64,000 nt of DNA, from NCBI RefSeq assembly GCF_964355755.1, contig NC_092678.1, forward strand, positions 18,617,365-18,681,364, given 5' to 3'. The stretch comes from Antedon mediterranea. Its lineage: Eukaryota > Animalia > Echinodermata. Both the position numbers and the translations under genes were made by a program. The notes beneath the pieces are model-generated. The model saw only the letters and a list, made by a program, of their open reading frames with translations. It made no database searches and had not been told where the DNA came from. This document shows positions 1 to 11,200 of the stretch, piece after piece; the stretch's first letter is position 1, and the number at the start of each line of letters is the position of its first letter.

Positions 1-499
1 ACTTATTATGTAAAACTATTAAGTTTGATGCATTGTGAAATAAAAACGAACGAACGAACGAACGAATAGTATAAAGCTGGCAAGTGCTGCCTGGGTGGAC
101 AGGAATAAAAGAAATATAACAAAGGGAGCCAGGGTGGAGTCTGAATAAGAGTAGAAAACAAAGAAGGTAGCTTGGTAGAGATATAAACAATTTTGGAATG
201 AGACTAAAAAAACAGCTTAAATGGTGGTTAATATTGAAAATTAAATGTTGGTATATATTATATATATATATATATATATAGATTAATCAGTATCTGTTGC
301 TGTTCATACGGACGACTAAGCTCTCTTGACTTGCCTTAATTTTTTCGGAAATTTCAAGTGAAAATTAATTAATTTGTTTTCGTATTGATTATCTGTAATG
401 TTTTTGACATGTTGGTGAATATGGTAGTAGGCCTATTCATATTTCTCATATTTATATCTTTTTGGACGTCAAAACATCGAACGAACTTAGGCTTAGTAG

Positions 500-842
500 T
501 AGGCTATGTTACATGGCGGGTGAATTGAAAGCCATACGAGCCAATACCGTTTCAAGACCAGGTGTGAGTATGCAAATACAAATACCATACATGATTCGTC
601 GTAGGAAGCGGGGCAAGGCTGGCGGGGTTAAGAAAAGGCTCCATACTAGGAAATTTAGACCTTATTTTACCTGGGAAACGTACGTTCCATTTGTAATAAA
701 ATAGATGAACTGAGGGCTAACGCGATATATTTCCATGAATTCAGGACGACCAGCACTATGTGTTTTTTGGAGACTTGGTTATCGGAGGATAAGTCGGATG
801 AAAATTTTGAGATTTGTGGGTTCCTGTTTTTTCGAGGTGATA
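500..842 (+). mobile_element. 5' fragment of a non-LTR retrotransposon (AP-endonuclease N-terminus, Rex1/L2-like), frameshifted
   Basis: RRRKRGKAGG followed in a shifted frame by LGNVRSICNKIDEL..MCFLETWL..ICGFLFFRGD, the standard start of an APE domain. Confidence 0.75.
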
Positions 843-1047
843 TAATTACCTCATTGTTTGTCATTTAAAAAAGTACAAAGCAATTTTCAACGACAATTTG
901 TTGATGACGAATATATGTACATTGTAAATTTTCTGGACAGGTAACTCGCAAGTATTAGACGGTTCACTGATTCCTATAAATAAAACACCGATAATTGGTT
1001 ATCATACGGTTCTTTTATACCGCGACACGAAGGTAGTTTTTATCTCA
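837..1047 (+). promoter_or_regulatory. Conserved non-coding block upstream of gene 1 (paralogous to 24681-24893), TATA-like motif at 975-982
   Basis: Direct ~210-bp similarity to the sequence just upstream of the gene 2 ATG; function inferred. Confidence 0.45.
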
Positions 1048-2148
1048 TAGGAACCCCAACAGTTTATTAGGTTCTTCTATACTCAATACAACCGCGTAAC
1101 CATGTTTCTGCTTGTAGTTTCCACATTCAATGATTGTTAGGCCCTACGAATTTTTTAAGAAGTACGTTTTCAACATTCTTTTCGTTTCGACAAAAATTGT
1201 CTACTAATTAATTATAAAATTACGCAATGTTCTTCCTACCTGATGTAGATAATTGTGAAAGAGGCCGTAATCCCAAACTTTCCTATCATTCCAAATGTTA
1301 TCATCAGAACTTCATTTGCTATCGAAAAATCACAGTAATTATTTTAGTTATACGACGATTAATACTAAAGGCTGGTTTCCTGTCGACGTAAGAGTTAGTA
1401 TTTCTAACGTCAGTTACGATTGTTACGTCGTTTTTACGTAAGAAACCAACATTTGACAGGAAACCACTTACGACAATATTTTGTTGAAATCGACGTAAAC
1501 GCAAGAAAAATAGACGTAACGCAACGATCGACAGGAGAACGGGGTATCGAATCTCCGTCTGATACGTCGATTTATCGCGAATTTACAGGAAACCGGGGAT
1601 TTTATTGTTTGCGATCACTTGCGTTGCGTTATACCTGGTAGGCCAACATTCCACTGATCTGTCAGTCCAATCCAATGAATCTGGCTAGATGATTTTTGAG
1701 AATGTGCAATAACTACCTCTACATTTGAAAACTGAACTCCATCTGAATAACCTGGTTTTGTGATTATTGTCTGTATTGCCTTATGCATTCACATTATATT
1801 ATTCTTCATTCTACACTACTTTATTATCACTTTAAATCTCACGCAACATTACAAAAACTCTTTGTTAATTGTTATTTACGGTACCTTACTTGAAAAGCTA
1901 ATTGAATTTACACTCAATAGTCAATTAACAATGGGTACCGTGACACAATAACAACAATACATTCTATAAGCTATTTGACCCTATACATAAAATGATGTCT
2001 ATTGGCCAATGACATGGTTCCACTTATGTAGCATATTATTTGACGACATAAAACCGATATCAGTTAGTAGGCTTACGCATTTATAGATATGTTGAGGTGG
2101 TATTACGATTTTCATATTATAGTATAGGTAGACATACGGGACAAAATA

Positions 2149-2230
2149 ATGAAATCTATCACTTCTAGTTGTTTATTTTTGTGGATAGTGTTTTATTTGG
2201 CCAATTTTATGGTGCTCGGAAGCGCGGCAG
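2149..2230 (+). CDS. Gene 1 exon 1, signal peptide
   Basis: MKSITSSCLFLWIVFYLANFMVLGSAA then G|gtaag, phase 1; same size (82 nt) as gene 3 exon 1. Confidence 0.75.
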
Positions 2231-5200
2231 GTAAGATGTTTATTTTTCTAGTCTTGTAAGTCTTGTAGTAATAGTAACTTTAACAGCAATGTCCGATATT
2301 GTTTGGGGTTTGCGATATGTTTAAGACTCTATTCATAGTTCTTGATAAGAGTTGTTAGGACACTTTGACACAAACTGAGAGACATTATATACGAGGGTAT
2401 CACTTCTTTCTTACCGGACCCCATGTGCTTCGACTAATATACTGCAAAGTAATATCTCGTGGGTTGAGAGATTCGATCTTTAGTATCAACACAACTTGGT
2501 GTCAGTTGAGTCCAATAAGTATGGAGATATCCACATTTTTTCCAACTGTAGCCAAAACATGTTGTTAAAATACTTCTCTTTATTGATATTACATACAATA
2601 TTTTATAGCTTAACCACACGCGTTTTAGACGGCGTGACACAGTTTTAGGAATAACATAGGCCTACCATCAAAACTCTCAGTATTCCTCGTCAATGATCAT
2701 ATCACATCAAATGAGAAGTGCGTTGGCGAGCGCTTAAGAAAATGTAACCTTAATCCTTAGGTTTAATGGCAAGGGTTCGAACGGGTAAGGACTATAAACA
2801 GTAGACCCATTGTACACAAAATGCTCGTATAAATTGGAATATCCTAGTATACCTTTCGAGACCAGTAGGGTTTTACCACGGTTTACTAGCTCACATAGCT
2901 ACTGTGGTGGACAGAAGAATATGTGTCGTAGTTGACAGCATCGACATCCAAATTCGAATTAGGGCATCCGCGGACCCACGGCAGACAGCAGTGCAGCGCA
3001 TACCACATCAGCACACCTGTCATATTTACATATCACACGTTAGACCATTAATGGAATATGCAGCTCCTGTTTGGTGTAATATCCCAGATAAAATAAGTGA
3101 TGAACTAGAAAATATCCAGATTTCTGCAGGTAGAATATGTACTGGTGCGTGGAAACATACAAGTCATAATGCATTAAGACAAGAATTAGGCTGGTTATCA
3201 TTGGAAAAACGTAGACAATTTCTTAACCTAATACTGTTTTTTAAAATTATTCATAAGTTAACACCAGTGTATCTTTACTCCTTATTTAATTTTTCTGACA
3301 ATATTGAAGTTTATAACTTGCGTAACATCCGAAATATAATAATTCCATTTTGTAAGACCACATCATATCGTTTATCTTTTGTCCCATCTATTATAACACA
3401 TTGGAATGAGTTAAATAATGAAATAAAAAATTCCTCATTTCTTGTTGAGTTTAAAAAATTGCTACTGAAATCCAATTTGTTTGAAACAAAAAAACGTTCT
3501 TATTATGATACAGGTGATAAGAAGATTAACCAAATTCACACTAGAATCCGACTTGGTTTCAGCTGTCTCAATTCGCATTTATTCTTACATGGACTTCGGG
3601 ACAATCCAAATTGTACTTGTTGCTTTAATATTGAGAATCCGCTTCATTTCTTATGTTACTGCCCTAATTATAATACACAAAGAGATATTCTACTTGTAAG
3701 CGCTAACTCAATTATTGAGGATATCCTAGCCAAGGATTTTTCTTTAACATTTAATTTTACATTTTTAAGTGAAATTTTTATTTTTGGTTCCGATCTTCTT
3801 TCGAATTGTGAAAATGCTTTATTATTTTATTATGTACAACAATTTCTTGTTAATTCTGGAAGATTTAATTGATGTTTCTGTTAGTTGTTTTAAAATGTTG
3901 TATTTGTTTATCTGAGGCGCCTTGAAGCTAAGATGGTTCCATCTTGTAAGGCGCCTCTGTGTAATATACTGAATAAAAAAAAAAAAAAGCACACCAGGAG
4001 ACGATCCCCGACTTTCCGAATAGTGTACTAATAAGTTCTTTTACGTATACTATATGAACACGTCAGCAACAAATTTACGTCCCATCCGAAGGTTGGTGGC
4101 ATGCTCAAAACTGGTAAGATACAATAACATATCCGAGACGGAGTTTTTTTTATGTGAAATGATTGTATTTTGTACGTCTACTTCCAAAATAAGCACACAA
4201 TTACTTCCTCAAACACTTGTCTTCTTCTAATGTAATATTGTTCTTACAGGATGGATTCCAGTGTTCAAAGGAGTATCTGGAGCTGGAGAACCAGATCTGT
4301 ACGATCTATGGATAGGGAGCACATCGCTGAATGAACTGAATGACTCGGTTCGTGCTCTTGACGCAAACATCAAAGCACACTTCAAAAGTCCACTAATAGA
4401 AAGATGGTCTGAATTTCAAGTTCAACAGGTAATCTTTGTAATTGTATCATTCTGTCATTACTATTGTTTATTCTTTCATTCATTTCATTTATTTCAGTGC
4501 ATTCCTATACAAAACATACAAAACTAGAAAGCCACTCCGAGAGTGCATATCTGCGCCTAATGTAAAATTCTCCTACATAAGATTTCTCCTTGAAACTATA
4601 TATCTCATCTTTATCGGTTCAAATTAATTAAATTTCAGTATTCCACCGAGCGGTTTAGAATTAATTCTATGCCTGTAATGTTTGGATGAGGAAATCTGTG
4701 AGAATAAGAAAAAGTCGCCCAAATGTTTGTGTATTAGGTTAATGTGATTTAGGTTAATTTCACTACAAGTATGTGTATGCAAATTTGGTGTAATGGTCAT
4801 GTAACCAGCCTTTTAACTAACAATAGTTTCCTTTCAACTAACAATAGTTTCAGTTGACTTACAATAGAACAGCAACGCTAAAAACACGGGTGAATTTGAA
4901 AAGAAATATATTTTTTTTTAAACCTGTAAATTAAATTATGTTTTAAAATTACAAACCATAAATTATAACTCTTACCCCTTAGTGTACACAAATGAAGTTT
5001 TTTGGACAAGTAGTTCTCTAGCAAATGCAATTTGAGTTTACTTGTTACTTTAAGACTGCTCGTCGGCTTTTGAAAATTCTGTCCTATCTGTTAACACTAG
5101 CAGGTTTTAAAACATTAAAACATTAACTACAACTAAACTAAACTTACATCAACTAAAACATTACAACGTTCATGAGTTCTCTTGTTAAAACTATGAATGA

Positions 5201-8200
5201 AGTTTCTCCGATATACATTAAATGAGAGGCCGTTATTTGTAACAAGCATCATGCTTGCGCTCTTATTATAACTAGGCAATTTCAGTAGCTTACAGTACGT
5301 TATTAAAGCAAACTCTGAATTACTTTTGGTAATTATTTATACTATTACCACCCGTTGTCTCCTTAAATATTGTGACGCTCTTTCCTATAGTATTTAAAGT
5401 AACCTAACAACCAAATCTCTAAAAGTCACTTTTAAGTTCTTTTCAATTAATAACAATATATTAAATGAAATTGGCCATTGTACCGTTCTTAATATTATTC
5501 AACCGTATAATCTTCTATGTTATCTAAAATATCTTAGCTAAAATGCCTTATTACGTTGTAGGTAAAAACCAATGATGCGATTATCGACTTTTTGTTAAAA
5601 ATGTGCAGTCTAGTCACTTAAGTTCAATTAATAGTGTAATGAATAGTATTTTTCCCATTATTTATCGTTCTTTATGCAATTCAATCGTATCATATTCCAT
5701 TCTAGCTAAAATGTATATCAACAATCTGTGGTATCAAAGTAAAAAAAATGAAAGCTATGCTAAAGGTAACTTCAACAAACGGCAACGGCGACCTTTTGAA
5801 TCTGGCTCGTGGGAACTTTAAAAAACCCACTATATCTAATGGAAGAGTAGGTGGTTACCCCGGATGTACTGCTTTATTCAGCCCTGTCGTTGTGGACATA
5901 TTAGTAGGTGCCGTTTGGTGGCAGAACTCGACACGAAGAGACCCGTAATGGGGTAGAAAGTTGTGGTATGTGCCGTCCATAGTCGCAGGTTATTCCCCAT
6001 ACCCATTTACTGTACGGAACATAATTTTAAAACAAATTGAAGCAAATTGTTATATTGTAAACGTATTTCTGCTATCACAGGTTAAAATTGTTTTTTATGA
6101 AAATGGAGAAGAGAATGCGTTCATCGAATTTGATAGTAACTCTACAGATAAAGAGAGCTGGTTTGCCCAAGATCGAATAAGACAGAGTTCGTTTAAGGAT
6201 TTAAGTCATGAAGAAACCAACATCTTTTCAATTAAAGGGTATGCTTTCAAATTCATATATTTAGCAAAAACATTAATCTCACAGGATAAAAGGCGCCCTG
6301 TGTAATTAGTAGACCCTTTTAACAAAGTAGACCAATGTATGTACAAGAGAAATGAAAATCAAAGCAATAGGCCTAAATAATTATATAATATACAAATCTA
6401 AAGGCAACATATTGAAAAAATCAGTAGGTATCAATGACTTGATCTCGACGGTGCGAAGATACAAACAAAATAATTGTTGTTGTTGCTAACGTTTTCCGTC
6501 TTCCGACATTACGCTTTCCACAATTTGTTTCCATTTTTTCTGTTTATGACAGGATGGTTTGTTATTGTGTTAGTGTCTACTAGTCCTTGTAAGTCTTTTT
6601 TTATTTGATTCATCCAGTTATTTCTTGGTCTTCCTACGGGTCGTTTTACTTTCCTGTTAGTTTCTTTCATTGTTTGTTTGATTGGGGTATCATCCGGTAA
6701 TCTAATTATGTGTCCATACCATTTTAGTCTCCTTCGTTTAATTTTTATTACGAACAAAATAAGTAAAGAGCTAATTAAAAACGATAAAATAATAACAGCC
6801 AAATAATTACATTTTCTGAGAAGTTGTGATGAAATATTTTGCTACTTTTACTGATTGATTCTTGAACAATATTGTTGAACTGTATATATTTTAGTTGAAT
6901 ACTTAAAACCAATATGCACTATGGTTCCAAAACACTAAAGAACATAATATCTTGTAAATTGCAAAGTTCTCAAATACCAAACAAATAGAACGAGAAAATA
7001 TTCATAATTATAAATATTTTGAAGAAAATGTTTTCGAAAGAAAAAGGATTCAAGTTATTTTTATATCTTAATTAAAATCTAATGAAACTCTTACATGTTC
7101 GGAATCGTTTTAATTGTTTCCACTTGTTTTCACTTTTTCCCATTCCCTATTTGTTCTCACTTTTTTTTTCTTTTTTATTTATTTTTTTTTTTTTGTACTT
7201 TGTTTCTTCTTTTTCATTTCTTTTTTTTCTTTTTGTCCTTTGTTTCTTCTTTTTCATTTTTTTTCTTTTTGTCCTTTGTTTCTTCTTTTTCATTTTTTTT
7301 TCTTTTTGTCCTTTGTTTCTTCTTTTTCATTTCTTTTTTTTTTCTTTTTGTTCTTTGTTTCTTCTTTTTCATTTCTTTTTTTTCTTTTTGTCCTTTCTTT
7401 CTTCTTTTTCATTTCTTTTTTCTTTTCTTTTTGTCCTTTGTTTCTTCTTTTTCATTTCTTTTTTTTTTCTTTTTGTCCTTTGTTTCTTTTTTTTCATTTC
7501 TTTTTTTTTCTTTTTGTCCTTTGTTTCTTCTTTTTTTCTTTCTATGCATTCCATCATTATTATACATACATAAAGAAACATAAAACAAAGAGAAAAAATG
7601 GAAAGGGGGAATCTCAGAAGCAAAGCTTTGTAAGATTAGAAATTTCATGACATTTGAAAAAAATTCAGTTTCCCTTGATTGACAGTGATGAATGAAATTG
7701 GACACTTGTGCATAATGTGCAGAAAGTCCCATGATGCTATGTCTAAATATAATAATATGAATTATTTAACAATTATATGATAGCATTAATTTTGTAATAG
7801 TACTTTGGTATTAATTTGTATTCACAGTTAAGGGGAAAATTGACTATCATAGTACACTCTCCCCACTAACAATAATTAAAATGTTTTCCTGTTGCACTAT
7901 TTTGATCCTAATTAATTTTATCGACGTTTGTTTATTTAATGACATTGTAACGGTAGTATCGCATACCAAGATAATTTCCTGAATTTTGTAACGCTGGGAC
8001 CCAAGAGATTATACAATTATTGTTAATTATTTTTATCTAATCAAGTCAACATGTTTTGCAGTCGACATTCAAAACGTTAAAGCCGAGACTAAATAACGAT
8101 GATGATGATGGTACGGTGGCCTTTTAAGTGTCACGGAAATTTACAAAAAAAAAACCCATGGCAATTTAAAAAAAGCCACGGCATTTTAAAATTAAAACAG

Positions 8201-11200
8201 CACGGCAAATTAGAAATTAACAAGGCCAACAGCCATTAAGTCGCGTGCTACAATGCATAGTGATACCGGACCGACAGACAAACAGACCGACAGACAGACA
8301 GACCGACAGACAGACGGACCGACCGGCATAGTGAACTATACTGACCGAAATTACTGAACATGTTTAAAAATGTTGAAATGTTTAAAAACATTTATATTTT
8401 TTTAATTTACACGTGCGTAGCCTGTCACATTTGACGTGCTCGTATAATGTAATTTCGAGTTGAAAAGTAATTCAAGAAAACAGAAATCGGGCAAAAAGTG
8501 TGCGCAATAACATTTAACGCGCAGTGCGCGCGCAAAAATCTGCGCACTCATGGCAATTTTGTAAACGCTTAAAATTGCCTGAAACGTACTCTTATTTCAT
8601 CGAAAATAAATTTTGAAAATTTTAAGCGCGCGTACGCATGCGTTACATGCGCTACGCACGTAATTGTATTGCCATATGATGATTTATGCCCTGAAATTTA
8701 TGAGTACCAAATTTTATTTAATTGTGATTCATGGTTGTTAAGATATGATTACAAACGTGATTTCGTTAAATCGTGCGTAGACCGCGTAATTTTTTATTGC
8801 GCACCGTGAAAACATAACCACATCGATTCCTGGCCATAAGGAATATTCTGTGAAAAATTTACTTAGCTAGATTAAACTGATATCAAGATAAGGTCATAAA
8901 GCGATAAAACGCATAGTGATACCGGACCGACAGACAGACAGACAGACCGACAGACAGACAGACAGACCGACCGACTTAGTGAACTATAGAGTCGCTTCCA
9001 CGCGACTAAAAACCACGGCAAAGTACAACATGCCACGACGGAAGTGAGTTACCGCGGTGGAAGGGAAACCCTTTGAATTTTCTCCGAGGTAGGCCTAAGT
9101 AATTAGTTTTGCATTGATGATGTTCTTTATATTAATTTATTTATGATCATACATGTGGCGTAGCGCAACCTATACCTAGCACTGCAGCAGTTACGTGTTT
9201 GTTGAACTCTTCTTGAACTTTCTAGGTCTAGGCCCTATACAACAAGGTAGGCTCCTACAATGTTTTAATATTACAATAATTATAATAAATTTAAAAGAAT
9301 TTAACAAATTTTACAGTGAAGATTAATATTATAACATTGTACTATATTTTCTGTACCTGCTACCATAACAGAGTTAGCTAGGATCATAACTATTTTAAAG
9401 AACATGGCATGCTTACCCGTTGTAAAAAAATCGAAGATTCCAAGAGTTCAAAGGGTTAACTTCCGTCGTGGAATTCTGTACTTGGCCGTTGTATTTCATT
9501 TTTAATTTCCCGTGGTGTTACATTTTGGCCGTGGTGTTTTTGTTAACTAGATACGTAAAGGCAACATTCGGTAAATCGCGCCTTACTTCTAGAATGTTTA
9601 CTCGATGGTATATAAAGTTGGTTCGTACTTTCGTTACTGATTTTAACCACCTGATGTAACCCTGTTTACTAATTAAATGGAGTTCGATAATTAGTTATTG
9701 ACGATTAAAACGAATTTAGGTTCAACGATTTGCCCCAAATAGGGGTGTTTTCCGATCGTGGTATACACTGTCCAATGCATGTCTATCTTGAAAAATACTC
9801 GCATACAATAATAGGAGGATGCTTCGCATTTTCCTATCTCCTCCTACGATAATTATTTTTAATGGATGAAAACCGGTTGAACAGCTCGAGTACAACATCA
9901 TAATGTTGAAGACAGACCTATTTTCTTAAAAACATACTATTTTGATAGATTTAATATACATTTATACAAATGTATTGATTTCCGATGAATGGAACATTCC
10001 AATAATAACTCTTTGCTTTAACACAAGTACCACCAGCTGTAGGTAAATTATTGGCCCTTGGGGAATTAACCTAAAACCTATATATAGATAAGTATTGCAA
10101 TATTTGGACATTACTGTAAATACGTATTAACATTTGTGGTCGCCATTGAATTTAATGTGAGTGTGGGTACTGTTAGATGTATAACACAATCATGTACAAA
10201 TAAACGTATTACTGTGAGTGTAGGCCCTACTGTTATATAGAACGTACAATATACAAATAAACTGTAGTACTGACAGTTTCTTCTCAACGTTTGTATTAAT
10301 TAATAATTACAAAGAATATAAACGTTGTAGTGGTACGTGTATCGTTACATGTACTATGCTATTTCAATCGACTATGACAGTGACAGTTTTAACAAAGTAT
10401 TAAGTCGCAAATGTGTTACTGTATCAAGTGGTATATTATTTATAGGCCTGTGAGTAGGCCCTACTGTTATATAAAACGTACAGTATACAAATAAACTGTA
10501 CTACTGACAGTTGCTTCTCAACGTTTGTATTAATTAATAATTACAAAGAATATAAACGTTGTAGTGGTACGTGTATCGTTACATGTACATGCTATTTCAA
10601 TGGACTATAACAGTGACAGTTTTAACAAAGTATTAAATAAAAGTGGTATATTATTTATAGGCCTATCAAAGTGAAAAACATATTTCGTTACTGAGTAGAT
10701 AAATAATATATTAAAACATTGTTCTTCTTTGTACCCATATCCTCTTCCCCATCCCTCAAAACTAATGTTACACACAAAACATAAAATTTAAATGAGTCCA
10801 AATAACAAATTTGGACTCATTTTGTGACAAGTTTCTCTTTCGGAAGTAATTCCCAGTGTGCTAATTTCAGTTTAATACATAAATCATCGTGTCTATTTAT
10901 TCGTTTCTGTAAACAATAATAACTGTTATCGTCCTGCAGTACGTACATTAAAAAAAGCATTTTTTTACGCTGAAATTACTGTGTATTCGAGAACCATCTG
11001 TGGGCACGACCTAGATGGTACGCGAGCGAAGCGAGCGTACCATCTAGTTATTCTTAATTTGCCGTGTTGTTTTATTCTTAATTTGCCGTGACACTTACAG
11101 GCCACCGTATGATGATAATTATCAAGCCGGACCGCGAATATTTACTCTAAAGCCTGTTTTCCAGTCGACATTCAGTTACGTTAAATTGCAATGCACTATG

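Larger units (their letters stand above)
8112..11109. mobile_element. Non-autonomous TIR DNA transposon carrying nested insertions
   Basis: TIRs TACGGTGGCC..AAGTGTCACGG.AAATT / AATTTGCCGTGACACTT..GGCCACCGTA; subterminal CACGGCAA repeats at both ends. Confidence 0.75.

Noticed and set aside
7082-7732. Phe-rich and Lys-rich ORFs on both strands
   Set aside because: Artefacts of a T/C-rich tandem repeat.
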